Assembly: GCA_034669905.1 (NCBI GenBank)
Contig: JAXMOL010000001.1
Location: 1 to 64,000, forward strand
Origin: Candidatus Hydrogenedentota bacterium
GTDB taxonomy: Bacteria; Hydrogenedentota; Hydrogenedentia; Hydrogenedentales; JAEUWI01
Direction of reading: 5' to 3'
DNA length: 64,000 nucleotides
A program made the position numbers and the translations under genes. The notes beneath the pieces are model-generated. The model had not been told where the DNA came from and searched no databases. It saw only the letters and a list, made by a program, of their open reading frames with translations. The stretch's first letter is position 1. Each line of letters opens with the position of its first letter. This document shows, in pieces, positions 49,672-60,104 of the stretch.

Positions 49672-51048
49672 TCAGGGCTCCAGGGTGATGGTCTGCCCAA
49701 TCTCGGGGGCGTAGGTGGTGTAGCCGTTTCCCGTGTTGGCATTCATCCAATCGATGGCCTCCCGGTCACCGTGCACGAAGACCACATTCTTGGGCTTGAT
49801 ATGCTCGATGATGCCTTGCAGGGCACTACGGGGGGCATGGGCGCTGAAGGAAAAGCGCTGGATGTTTTCCAGGCTGATCGGGACTGCGGCACGGTCGATG
49901 CCGAAGGAAAGGGCATCGCCCACTTCGGCCTGGGTCAGTTTGAAACCGAGGGTCTCATGATCCAGGTACCCCACGAAGAAGATACCATGCTTTGTCGACT
50001 GGACCATCTCTTCGGCGATAAGGGCCGAGGGCGTATTTTCGAGCATCATGCCTGAAGTGGCCACGATGATACTGGGCTTGGAAATCAGTTTCTTAACGAC
50101 ACCGGGTTTCCACACGTTGCCAATGCGCCCGAAGGATTCCAGGGGACGCAAGATGGCTTCGGGGAGCATGTAGTCGGTGAAGCGGTCGTAGAGTTCATAC
50201 ACCGCACGGCCGAGACCAGAAGCGTAGACTGGCACCGTGGGTACGAGCCCTTCTTCCTGGAGGCGAGAGACGAAATTGAGCACTTCCTGGGTGCGGCCCA
50301 GGGCGAAGCTGGGAATGAGCACCGTGCCGCCCGCCTCGAGCACTTCGGCCATCTGGACGCCCATGCGGTAGATTTCATCCTGATAACTTACGGCGCCCCC
50401 GGCGTCATTGGCACCGTGGGTGGCTTCGATAATCAGGGTATCTACATGAACATCTTCGGGAAGGGGCGAAAAGCCGTCAATGAGTTCCTGACGGGTTTCG
50501 CACACGTCTCCCGTATAATAAATGTTATGTCCGGGGGTCTTCAGTAGAATACTCGCACTGCCCAAGACGTGTCCGGCGCGGCGAAAGGTGGCCTCCACGG
50601 GAGCGCGCATGGGGAGTTTAAAAGGCGTATCGAATTCATGCCCCACGAAGCGTTGCATGGCATATTCCACGTCTTCATGCTCGTAGAGGGGATAGTCCTT
50701 GATGCCACGCTCCCGGGCCAGCAGGCCCATTACGGAAACGCTGTTGTGCAGCATGCGGTCCACAATGCGCACCGTCGGTACGGTGGCATGGGCCTTGACG
50801 CCGGGATACTGGCGCATGAGATAGGGGATAGAGCCGCAGTGATCCTGGTGCGCGTGGGTCACGAGCAGGGCATCGGGTGCCCGACGGATCAAGTCGAATT
50901 CAGGCAGGGCGTTACGCCCATCCTTTTTGGGATGGGTGCCGCTATCAAGCAGTACGTGTTGGCCGCCAATGGCAAGTTGGAAACAGCTCGCTCCAACTTC
51001 CCCACCGCCGCCCAGTACGCTGAGTTCAATCGATTGTCCTGAAGTCAT
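49672..51048 (-). CDS. MBL-fold beta-CASP ribonuclease
   Basis: GGGGEVGASC, THAHQDHCG, AGHVLGS, YTGD, FALGRTQE, FSAHA, VHGD. Confidence 0.9.
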   Translation of the reverse strand: MTSGQSIELSVLGGGGEVGASCFQLAIGGQHVLLDSGTHPKKDGRNALPEFDLIRRAPDALLVTHAHQDHCGSIPYLMRQYPGVKAHATVPTVRIVDRMLHNSVSVMGLLARERGIKDYPLYEHEDVEYAMQRFVGHEFDTPFKLPMRAPVEATFRRAGHVLGSASILLKTPGHNIYYTGDVCETRQELIDGFSPLPEDVHVDTLIIEATHGANDAGGAVSYQDEIYRMGVQMAEVLEAGGTVLIPSFALGRTQEVLNFVSRLQEEGLVPTVPVYASGLGRAVYELYDRFTDYMLPEAILRPLESFGRIGNVWKPGVVKKLISKPSIIVATSGMMLENTPSALIAEEMVQSTKHGIFFVGYLDHETLGFKLTQAEVGDALSFGIDRAAVPISLENIQRFSFSAHAPRSALQGIIEHIKPKNVVFVHGDREAIDWMNANTGNGYTTYAPEIGQTITLEP

Positions 51049-51057
51049 ATGCACGCT

Positions 51058-51087
51058 ATTGTACGGTTCCGGGACTAAACATGTCAA
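51058..51087 (-). promoter_or_regulatory. Putative sigma70 promoter, near-leaderless, for the beta-CASP gene
   Basis: TTGACA-18 nt-TACAAT on the minus strand; -10 ends 9 nt before ATG 51048. Confidence 0.6.
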
Positions 51088-51190
51088 AGAAAGGGCGCAC
51101 TTTTCTCATTCAGAAACCATTCTCATCACTTGAGATAGGTGGGCCGAGTGGCCGTGCAACCCCGCAAAGGAATATCTTGCCGGAGGGGAG

Positions 51191-52303
51191 CTACCGCTCG
51201 ACCAGCTGCTCTATCGCGATCTGGTAGGGAATACCCGATTCATCCTGCTCAATCTTGAGGTAATACCGGCCCGGGTCGTCATAGACCCGCATACGCATTT
51301 GCATAAAGTCCGCCCCATCAATCCGGGTAAAAGGCCGGCCGTTTTGCGCATCGTGGATGGTAATGCTGAACTTCGACGGCCCCATGTCATCGGACCGGGA
51401 ACAGGTAAGGCGCCATACACCTTCCGGCACAACAACTGGCGCAGTCTTTTGACTTCCTCCCCCCTGCCACTGACCGATAGCAACCGGTCGTAAGGTGTAT
51501 TGGTACCCGTTTCGGAGGGCCAGTTCCAGGTCATCCAAGGTCGTGGCGTAGGAAAGAAAACGGTGAAATTCGTCCAGCGCCTTGTCTCGCAGCGCCAAAC
51601 CTTCACGGGCATGATGGAGGGCGTCTCCATAGGTCGGCGTGGCCGAAGCGGACGGCGACTTGACCTGACGTGGCAGCGGCGTGGCCTGCAGGTTGCCCCC
51701 GTTGCGAGACACTTCAACCTGCTGGCCGGCCTTTACACGGGGCGCTTGTTGCGTCTGGGCACGAACCTTGGCGCTCGCCCGGGCGAAGGCCTCGGGCGCA
51801 ATGGTCTGGAGCTGTCCCAGCTTGAGCTCCATCTCCGCCCCGCGACTCCCCAGACGCTGCTTGACCCACGCCAGGAAATTATTGAGTTGTTCCTGGCGGC
51901 GGCTCGCACCCAGGGCCTGCCAGTGCACCAGGCGCGATTCAAACTCGGCCCGCTCGAGGAGTTCTTGCTGCAACGTGTAGGTGCTGGTATCTGCCACGGC
52001 GCGACGGGGTTCATTTTCCCCGGGATGTCCGGTGGCCGGCCCGGCTTTTGCCGCCTGATAGCGCGCCAGAAGCGCCTCCCGGTCGGCATCATCCTCGTCG
52101 ATAACCACGTCGGTCACATCCAGCCGTTTGCGGCTGTGTCGCTCCAGGACACCGGTTTCGGGAAAGTGGACGTAGTAGAATTCTTTCGTCTGCCCCACAT
52201 ACACATCGCGGTGCCGTTGGCCAGCGATACGAATCTCATCGGCGATGGCGGAAGCCGCCCCCAGCAATAAGACCGCGATCATACCCTTGAATGGATGCCC
52301 CAT
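51191..52303 (-). CDS. Hypothetical secreted protein
   Basis: Signal peptide; helical middle; C-terminal beta-sandwich-like region (PGRYYLKIE). Confidence 0.65.
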   Translation of the reverse strand: MGHPFKGMIAVLLLGAASAIADEIRIAGQRHRDVYVGQTKEFYYVHFPETGVLERHSRKRLDVTDVVIDEDDADREALLARYQAAKAGPATGHPGENEPRRAVADTSTYTLQQELLERAEFESRLVHWQALGASRRQEQLNNFLAWVKQRLGSRGAEMELKLGQLQTIAPEAFARASAKVRAQTQQAPRVKAGQQVEVSRNGGNLQATPLPRQVKSPSASATPTYGDALHHAREGLALRDKALDEFHRFLSYATTLDDLELALRNGYQYTLRPVAIGQWQGGGSQKTAPVVVPEGVWRLTCSRSDDMGPSKFSITIHDAQNGRPFTRIDGADFMQMRMRVYDDPGRYYLKIEQDESGIPYQIAIEQLVER

Positions 52304-52535
52304 GGCCCCCCCGTCAATCTGTCGTCAACCTACCAAATTTTCGCCTTCAGTGCTACTACAATATCCAAGAATTCCCGCCACTTTCAAGACCATTCCTCTT
52401 GCGACTGACCGGGGCGCTGGCCTACAATAAGGCCCCGAACGTCCTCCTTGGAGCCCCTTTTCGGGCCCCCCATCGAGAATGACTCACCCCAGACCCCGTC
52501 GCCCTGTCTGCCAGGAAGGATTGCCCCATCGCCCC

Positions 52536-53951
52536 ATGGACCATACTGCTGCGTCATTATCGCTGAACGTTCCGCTGGGCGAAGCGCAATACGCCGACCT
52601 TCTCGCCGCGTTGCGGGATGAGGCCACGGGCGGAAATTACGTGTCCGGCTCGCTGATTCGCGTCGAAGTGCCCGTCGTCTCCGTGGATGCCCTCGCGTGG
52701 CTTCAGGCGCAGGCCGCGCAAACCCACTATTATTGGGCCAGCCGGGAAGGCGATTTTGAAATGGCGGGTGTGGGCGAGGCGGATGTCCTCGTACCCGATG
52801 GCCACCTCGATGCCACGGGACTCTTTCGACTTATGCGCAAGCGGCTCGACCTGCGGTGGCCGGGACTCCGCTACTACGGGGGCTTCCGTTTTCAGGCCAC
52901 CGATCTCAGCCAGCACCGTTGGCACAATTTCACCGCCTTCCGCTTCATCGTGCCCCGGGTCGAAGTCATCCGCCGGGGTGAACGGACCTGGCTCGCCGCC
53001 AACATCCGATGGACCGGCCCGGATGGCCTGGAGCAGGAATTAGCGACGCTGTCCGATACCTTGAGCCAGCTGGTTCCCGTGTCCGGTGAAGTGGCAATTC
53101 CCGCCTTACCGGCCTTGCTCGGTCGGGTCGACTTGCCCGATCGCGAAGGGTGGGAGCGTCTGGTGCACCGCGCCCTGGAGGCCTTTGCCGCCCACGACCT
53201 GGAAAAAGTGGTGTTGGCCCGGGAGACGGAGTTTCAATTCGATACCGAGACCACCCTGAATCCGATCGGACTCCTTCGTCGGCTCCTACGCCACTCGACC
53301 CAGGCCTACGAGTTTTGCTTTCACCCAACCGCAAACCGGGCCTTTCTGGGGGCCTCACCGGAACGGCTCTTCCATCGTAACAATGTCTATCTCCAGAGCG
53401 AGGCCCTGGCGGGGACCCGGCCCCGGGGCAAAGACGACGCCCAGGATGAGGCCTATGCCAATGCCCTGCTCGAGAGTGAAAAAGACCTGCGTGAACACCG
53501 CTTTGTGGTGCGGATCCTGCGCGAACACTTTCAGCGCTTCTGCGACACTACCCACTATGATGAAATACCGTCGCTCCGCCAGCTCCACAACTGCCAGCAT
53601 CTCTATACGGGCATCGAAGGCATCCTGAAACAGCACGATGTGGATGCCGCCCTGGTGGAAGCCTTCCACCCGACCCCCGCCGTCGGTGGGGTCCCACGGC
53701 AAAAAGCCCTCGACTGGCTCGCCGAACACGAACCCTTTGACCGGGGGGTCTACGCCGCCCCCGTAGGCTGGGTGGGCTTTGACGAAACGGAATTCTGCGT
53801 GGGCATCCGCTCCGGACTCATCGAAGGCAACACCCTCGCCCTCTATTCCGGGGCCGGAATCGTGCCCGGTTCCCGTGCGGAAGAAGAGTGGGACGAAATC
53901 GAAAACAAGATGAGCAGCTTCCTGGAGGCCCTCCACGATGGACCTGTCTAA
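52536..53951 (+). CDS. menF: Isochorismate synthase
   Basis: EKVVLAR, GASPERL, ALAGT, HPTPAVGG, GIRS, YSGAGIV; overlaps menD; start uncertain (52479 possible). Confidence 0.9.
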   Translation: MDHTAASLSLNVPLGEAQYADLLAALRDEATGGNYVSGSLIRVEVPVVSVDALAWLQAQAAQTHYYWASREGDFEMAGVGEADVLVPDGHLDATGLFRLMRKRLDLRWPGLRYYGGFRFQATDLSQHRWHNFTAFRFIVPRVEVIRRGERTWLAANIRWTGPDGLEQELATLSDTLSQLVPVSGEVAIPALPALLGRVDLPDREGWERLVHRALEAFAAHDLEKVVLARETEFQFDTETTLNPIGLLRRLLRHSTQAYEFCFHPTANRAFLGASPERLFHRNNVYLQSEALAGTRPRGKDDAQDEAYANALLESEKDLREHRFVVRILREHFQRFCDTTHYDEIPSLRQLHNCQHLYTGIEGILKQHDVDAALVEAFHPTPAVGGVPRQKALDWLAEHEPFDRGVYAAPVGWVGFDETEFCVGIRSGLIEGNTLALYSGAGIVPGSRAEEEWDEIENKMSSFLEALHDGPV

Positions 53952-56475
53952 GGCACCCAATCTCAACTATCTCTGGTGTGGCCTCTTGGTAGAAGAGCTC
54001 ATCCGCCAGGGTGTGGCGGGCTTTGTCATTTCTCCCGGCTCCCGCAGTGCCCCCCTGACCGTCTCTGTGGCGCGCAATGAAAAGGCGAAATACTGGGTCC
54101 ACTATGACGAGCGGGGCGCCGCGTTTTTCGCCCTGGGCCTCGCCAAGGCCACGGGGAAACCCGCCGTACTCATCTGCACGTCGGGCAGCGCCGTCGCCAA
54201 CTATTGGCCCGCCGTCGTAGAAGCGGCCATGAGCCAGATCCCCCTGATTTTGTTGACCGCGGATCGTCCGCCCGAGCTGGTAGACTGTGGCGCCAACCAG
54301 GCCATCGACCAGACCGATATATTCGGCGACTACGCCCGTTGGCGCACGGCCCTCCCCTGTCCCACGGCCGAGTGCCCGGCAACCTACGTACTCACCACCG
54401 CCGACCAGGCCTGGCACCGCAGCCAGCACCCTCAAGCCGGTCCCGTGCATGTAAACGTACCGCTGCGAGAGCCCCTCGACCCGAAGCCGGACCAATCGGT
54501 GACCGACGATGTCTTGAAAACGCTGGTCGCGTGGGCTGCCACAGACGCGCCCTACACCCACTATGACGCAGGGGCGTCGACGGTGCCCGATGGGTGGGCG
54601 GCCCCGCTGCTGGAACACATGGCATCTGCCCGAAACAAACTGCTGATTGTCGGTAGACTCCATGGCGAAGCGGAGCATGCGGCGGTCCGTAAACTGGCCA
54701 AGCTACCCGGCTGGAAGATTTATGCCGACATCACCTCGGGGCTCTACGGCCCATCGGCACCGGCGGGCTTGGTCCAAGACATGGAGCACTTCCTCCAGAA
54801 CGAAGCATGGCAACCGGACCTGGTCCTCCATCTGGGCGGTGCCTACACGTCGAAACGCCTGCTGACCCATATGGCGGATTGGAACGCTCCCTATATACAC
54901 GTAAGCGCCTCGGAGCAACGACTCGATCCCAATCACCAGGTTACCCAACACCTCACGGTGGGGATAGCATCCTTCTGCCAGTGGCTCCAGGAAAACGCGC
55001 CGAAGGCATCGGTCAGCACAACCACCGCTATCCGCACCGACGCATCCCCCGCGGTGGAACAGGAATGGTCGGAACGGGGCATTGCCCATCAGCTCGGGAG
55101 CTTGCTTCCCGAAAACTCCCTTCTCTTCGCCGGCAACTCCATGCCCATCCGCTTGCTGGAGCGCTTTTGTCGGCCGGAGCGGGACGGCATCCACGTTGTG
55201 GCCAATCGTGGTGCAAGCGGCATCGACGGCAACATCGCCACGGCCCTCGGCATGGCGTCAGGCACGGGGCAGGCCACGACGGCCCTCTTAGGCGACCTCA
55301 CGACTCTGCACGACCTGAACTCCCTGGCCCTCCACCAGGCGGTAAAGACGCCCCTGGTCCTTATCGTATTAAACAATGACGGTGGCGGCATTTTTCACCA
55401 CCTCCCCATCGCCCGCGCCGATGAACCCTGTTTCGAGCAATGCTTCGGTACGCCCCACGGCATGGATTTTTCCGGCGCGGCCCAACAGTTTGGCCTGGAC
55501 TATGCCGCTCCCGAAGATCCGGATAGCTTTCGCGAATCGTACCTCGAGGCCCTGGCAACCGGTCGGGCCACACTGATAGAAATCAAGACTCCGCGCTTCG
55601 CGGGGCAGGGCGACGCCGAGACCAATTCGGCCTCTCCGAAAAACGAAGCGGAAGCCCCCCCCGAAGCGCTCCGTCCGATCGCCCTCGCGGGCGACCCCAA
55701 GAACCCGCCCCTCCTGCTCATCCATGGCTTCATGGGAAATGTAAATGACTGGGATAAGGTCGCGGAGGCGTGTTCAGCCACCCACCATGTGCTGGGCGTA
55801 AACCTGCCCGGGCACAGCCCCGATTGGGCCGAGGTGGCGCTCGCAGACTTCGACATGGACCGGACGGCCCGTGGTCTACTGGTCCATCTGGACGCCCTGG
55901 GCATCGGCGCGTGCAGCCTGCTGGGGTATTCGATGGGAGGCCGCTTCGCCCTCTATCTCGCCACCCAATATCCGGAACGGTTCACCCGGGTCATCCTCGA
56001 ATCCGCGTCCCCCGGTCTGGACACGGCGGAGAAACAGCACGCCCGTCAGGTTCAGGACGGCGCCCTCGCGGAGCGACTATGTGCGATGGGCGCCGGGAGC
56101 GACGCTTATCGGGAGTTCCTCGAGGCGTGGTATGACCTGCCCCTCTTCGAATCGCTCCGCAGGCACCCCGAACTCCGCACGGCCCTCATTCAACGGCGCG
56201 TGGCGGAGAACGCGCCACCACGGTTGGGCGAAGCGCTCGGCCCCCTGGGCACCGGCAAGCAACCCAATCTCTGGCCCGCCCTGGCGCACTACACCACGCC
56301 CACCCTCCTCCTGGTCGGTGAACAGGACCGGAAATACCGGATGATCGCCGAAGACATGTGTGCGGCTTGCCCGGCCATGGCGATGGAAGTCTTTGCCGAT
56401 TGCGGACACATTGCCCACCTGGAGAAGTCCGACGCCTTCCTGACGACCGTGCGGGGCTTTCTGGCCCATCGGTAG
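53938..56475 (+). CDS. menD: MenD (SEPHCHC synthase) fused to MenH (SHCHC synthase, alpha/beta hydrolase)
   Basis: SPGSRSAPL, DERGAAFFALG, NRGASGIDG, GDLTTLHD, NNDGGGIF; then HGFMG, GYSMGGR, GEQDRKY, GHIAHLE. Confidence 0.92.
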   Translation: MDLSKAPNLNYLWCGLLVEELIRQGVAGFVISPGSRSAPLTVSVARNEKAKYWVHYDERGAAFFALGLAKATGKPAVLICTSGSAVANYWPAVVEAAMSQIPLILLTADRPPELVDCGANQAIDQTDIFGDYARWRTALPCPTAECPATYVLTTADQAWHRSQHPQAGPVHVNVPLREPLDPKPDQSVTDDVLKTLVAWAATDAPYTHYDAGASTVPDGWAAPLLEHMASARNKLLIVGRLHGEAEHAAVRKLAKLPGWKIYADITSGLYGPSAPAGLVQDMEHFLQNEAWQPDLVLHLGGAYTSKRLLTHMADWNAPYIHVSASEQRLDPNHQVTQHLTVGIASFCQWLQENAPKASVSTTTAIRTDASPAVEQEWSERGIAHQLGSLLPENSLLFAGNSMPIRLLERFCRPERDGIHVVANRGASGIDGNIATALGMASGTGQATTALLGDLTTLHDLNSLALHQAVKTPLVLIVLNNDGGGIFHHLPIARADEPCFEQCFGTPHGMDFSGAAQQFGLDYAAPEDPDSFRESYLEALATGRATLIEIKTPRFAGQGDAETNSASPKNEAEAPPEALRPIALAGDPKNPPLLLIHGFMGNVNDWDKVAEACSATHHVLGVNLPGHSPDWAEVALADFDMDRTARGLLVHLDALGIGACSLLGYSMGGRFALYLATQYPERFTRVILESASPGLDTAEKQHARQVQDGALAERLCAMGAGSDAYREFLEAWYDLPLFESLRRHPELRTALIQRRVAENAPPRLGEALGPLGTGKQPNLWPALAHYTTPTLLLVGEQDRKYRMIAEDMCAACPAMAMEVFADCGHIAHLEKSDAFLTTVRGFLAHR

Positions 56476-56768
56476 TGGGGTGAATATGCCCGCGGGAGAC
56501 GTGGGCCGCGGCACAGCCTCCTCGTGACCAAGCCGTCTCTCCAAGACAGAAAGCGTCTCGGTTGCAGGCTGTAACGCAGGGCACGCCCCCATTCCCCTCA
56601 CTGGATTTTTCAACTTCGTGTATACTGTTTCCTGTGAGTTGTTCTGGTCCCTATACCACGTGCGAAAAACAGGCCTATGCCCCTTTCAGCCTTCATTGGA
56701 GGTTGCGTTGATGACCACGGCCACCCCTATTTTAAGAGCGTTCCGGCCCTACCCCCACAAGGCGAACC

Positions 56769-59700
56769 ATGTCTATACGCGTTGCACTAAATCACCGTAC
56801 GTCCTATCACTATGACCGATTGGTCACACTCGGACCCCAATCGATTCGCCTTCGACCCGCGCCCCATTGCCGAACCCCCATCCTCAGCTATTCCCTGAAC
56901 ATCCGGGGAGGCGAGCATTTTCTCAATTGGCAACAGGACCCCCACGGCAATTTCATGGCCCGGGCCGTCTTTGAAGAACCGGTGCGGAGCCTGGAAATCG
57001 AAGTGGATCTGATCGCCGAAATGACGGTCATCAATCCCTTTGAATTTTTCGTGGAGACTTCGGCGGAAGAACACCCCTTTACCTATGAAAAGTGGTTGAG
57101 CCGGGAAATCCGGGCTTTCCTGGAAACCCGCAAGGCGAAACCCCACTTCAAGAAATTCCTCGCGGGCCTCGACCGCAAGAAACTCCGTACCGTCGACCGG
57201 CTGGTGGACATCAACCGCCGGGTTCACGACCGGGTATCCTATGTCATCCGCATGGAGCCGGGGGTGCAGTCGCCGGAAGAGACCCTGGAATTGGGCACCG
57301 GTTCCTGCCGTGATTCGGCCTGGCTCCTGGTACACACCCTGCGCCACCTCGGGCTGGCCGCCCGTTTTGTCTCGGGCTATCTGATTCAGTTGGCCCCCGA
57401 TGAAAAATCCCTGGATGGCCCCTCGGGTACGGAAGTGGATTTCACCGACCTCCATGCCTGGGCCGAAGTATTCATCCCCGGAGCGGGCTGGATTGGTATG
57501 GACCCCACCTCGGGCCTCATGGCCGGTGAAGGACATATTCCCGTGGCCTGTACGCCGGACCCGACTTCGGCGGCACCCATTACGGGCGCGGTGGACGAAG
57601 CGGAAACCACCTTCGACTTTCACATGTCGGTATCCCGTATCCATGAGGACCCCCGGGTTACCAAGCCCTACACCGATTCGGAGTGGGAGGCCATTGAGGC
57701 CTTGGGGCACCAGGTAGACGCCCGCCTGGAGGCCGCCGATGTGCGGCTCACCATGGGCGGAGAACCTACCTTCATTTCGATCGATGATATGGAAGGCGCC
57801 GAGTGGAACATCGCGGCCGTCGGCCCCGACAAGCGCCGTTTGTCGGAAACCCTGATAAAGCGCCTTCGGGATCGCTTTGCGCCGGGGGGCATGCTCCACT
57901 ATGGCCAGGGGAAATGGTATCCGGGCGAATCCCTGCCGCGGTGGGCCCTGGCCTGTTTCTGGCGCGAAGACGGGGTGCCCCTCTGGAACGATCTCGATCT
58001 GATTGCGGACGTCAATAAGGACTACGGCCACACCACGGAGCATGCGCAACAATTTGCGACGCTTCTGGCGGAAACGCTGGGCGTGGACTCCAAATGGATT
58101 GTCCCGGCTTATGAAGACGTCTTTCATTACATGTGGAAGGAACAGCGCCTTCCCGTGGATGTGAACCCCCTCGACGAAACGCTGAAGGATGCCGAAGAGC
58201 GGGCGCGCTTGTCCCGGGTCTTCGAACGGGGTATTAACACCCCCGTGGGTTTTGTCATGCCCCTGAAACGCCAGTGGTGGCAAAGTCAGGCCAAGTGGTG
58301 CAGCGGTCCCTGGCCGGTTCGGGCGGACAAAATGTTTTTGCTCCCGGGCGATTCCTCGGTGGGACTCCGTCTGCCACTGGAATCCCTCCCGGCCTCCCCC
58401 GCCCCGTCGCCCCTCTCGGATGTACCCGTCGACCCGGTGGGCATTCGCGATGCCCTGCCCACACCGCCCTACGCGCAGCAGAGCTACGTGGACGAACGGC
58501 CCGCACCCCAGGGTCTGGACGGCATCACCCAACAGGCCGCCCCCAAAGGAACCCGGCTGGAAGAACGCAAGGCCGATGAAAAGAATGAAATCGTTCGGAC
58601 GGCCCTGTGCGTCGAGCCCCGGGAAGGGCGCATCCATGTATTCATGCCACCCGTTCAACGACTGGAAGATTACATCGACCTGGTTGCCGCGATTGAACAC
58701 ACCGCCTCCCAGCTTAAGATGCCCGTGGTGGTAGAGGGCTATCTGCCCCCGCCCGATCACCGGATTCACAATTTGAAGGTCACGCCCGACCCCGGTGTGA
58801 TCGAGGTCAACACCCACCCGACCAAGACGTGGAGCGACCTGGTGGATCTCACTGCGGGGCTTTATGCGGAAGCCCGCCTGACGCGGCTGGGCACGAACAA
58901 ATTCGACCTGGATGGGCTCCACACCGGCACGGGCGGCGGCAACCACGTGGTGGTAGGCGGTGCCACACCCGCTGACAGCCCCTTTCTGCGCCGTCCCGAC
59001 TTGCTGAAAAGCCTTATCGCTTTCTGGATCAATCACCCCGCCCTCTCCTATCTCTTCAGCGGCCGCTTCATCGGGCCCACGAGCCAGGCACCGCGCGTGG
59101 ATGAAGGGCGTCAAGACGCGTTGTATGAACTGGAGTTGGCCTTTGAGCAGGTGCCGCCCCGGGGTGAGGATTGTCCGCCCTGGCTGGTGGACCGCATCTT
59201 TCGCAATCTCTTGACGGACCTGACCGGCAACACCCACCGGTCCGAGTTTTGCATCGACAAACTTTTTTCGCCCGACAGCAGTACCGGACGACTTGGCCTG
59301 GTGGAGTTTCGTGGCTTTGAGATGCCGCCCCACTGGCAAATGAGTTGCACCCAGCAATTGTTGTTGCGGGCCCTCATTGCCCGGTTCTGGGACGAACCCT
59401 ACACGCAGAAAGTCGTTAAATGGGGCACCACGCTCCACGACCGTTTTCTGTTGCCCCACTACGTCCGGGAAGATATGGCCGATGTGTTGGCCGAGATGGC
59501 GGACTACGGGTTTCATTTCGACCCCAACTGGTTTGATACCCACTGGGAATTTCGCTTTCCGAAAATCGGTTCCATCGCCCAACAAGACGTCTCGCTGGAA
59601 CTGCGGACGGCCATTGAACCCTGGTATGTCCTCGGCGAAGAGCCTGCCGGCGGTGGCACCGCCCGCTATGTGGACTCTTCGGTAGAACGCATGGAAGTGA

Positions 59701-60104
59701 AAGTAAGTGGGCTGGTGGACGAACGCCATATTGTTACCTGCAATGGACGACACGTGCCCCTGCGCAGCACCGGCGTTGCAGGCGAATTCGTCGCCGGTAT
59801 TCGCTACCGTGCCTGGTGCCCACCGAGTTGTCTTCATCCGATGATAAAGGTCCACGCGCCCCTGGTCTTTGATATCCTGGACACGTGGTCCAAGCGATCC
59901 ATTGGCGGTTGTAAATACCATGTCTCCCATCCGGCAGGGGTTAATTCCGACACCTTTCCCATCAACGCCTACGCTGCGGAAGCACGGCGCAATGCGCGCT
60001 TCTTTCCCTTTGGCCACTCGCCAGGTCCCCGGGAAACGCCCCCGCTGGAGACCAATCCTCTGTTTCCCGCCACCTTGGATCTTCGCAGGAAAGCCACGCG
60101 GTGA
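56769..60104 (+). CDS. Transglutaminase-like protein fused to DUF2126 (COOH-NH2 ligase-like)
   Basis: GSCRD, ARFVSGY, LHAWAE, DPT catalytic motifs; TMGGEPTF, TPDPGVIEVN, GTGGGNH, GPTSQAPR. Confidence 0.92.
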   Translation: MSIRVALNHRTSYHYDRLVTLGPQSIRLRPAPHCRTPILSYSLNIRGGEHFLNWQQDPHGNFMARAVFEEPVRSLEIEVDLIAEMTVINPFEFFVETSAEEHPFTYEKWLSREIRAFLETRKAKPHFKKFLAGLDRKKLRTVDRLVDINRRVHDRVSYVIRMEPGVQSPEETLELGTGSCRDSAWLLVHTLRHLGLAARFVSGYLIQLAPDEKSLDGPSGTEVDFTDLHAWAEVFIPGAGWIGMDPTSGLMAGEGHIPVACTPDPTSAAPITGAVDEAETTFDFHMSVSRIHEDPRVTKPYTDSEWEAIEALGHQVDARLEAADVRLTMGGEPTFISIDDMEGAEWNIAAVGPDKRRLSETLIKRLRDRFAPGGMLHYGQGKWYPGESLPRWALACFWREDGVPLWNDLDLIADVNKDYGHTTEHAQQFATLLAETLGVDSKWIVPAYEDVFHYMWKEQRLPVDVNPLDETLKDAEERARLSRVFERGINTPVGFVMPLKRQWWQSQAKWCSGPWPVRADKMFLLPGDSSVGLRLPLESLPASPAPSPLSDVPVDPVGIRDALPTPPYAQQSYVDERPAPQGLDGITQQAAPKGTRLEERKADEKNEIVRTALCVEPREGRIHVFMPPVQRLEDYIDLVAAIEHTASQLKMPVVVEGYLPPPDHRIHNLKVTPDPGVIEVNTHPTKTWSDLVDLTAGLYAEARLTRLGTNKFDLDGLHTGTGGGNHVVVGGATPADSPFLRRPDLLKSLIAFWINHPALSYLFSGRFIGPTSQAPRVDEGRQDALYELELAFEQVPPRGEDCPPWLVDRIFRNLLTDLTGNTHRSEFCIDKLFSPDSSTGRLGLVEFRGFEMPPHWQMSCTQQLLLRALIARFWDEPYTQKVVKWGTTLHDRFLLPHYVREDMADVLAEMADYGFHFDPNWFDTHWEFRFPKIGSIAQQDVSLELRTAIEPWYVLGEEPAGGGTARYVDSSVERMEVKVSGLVDERHIVTCNGRHVPLRSTGVAGEFVAGIRYRAWCPPSCLHPMIKVHAPLVFDILDTWSKRSIGGCKYHVSHPAGVNSDTFPINAYAAEARRNARFFPFGHSPGPRETPPLETNPLFPATLDLRRKATR

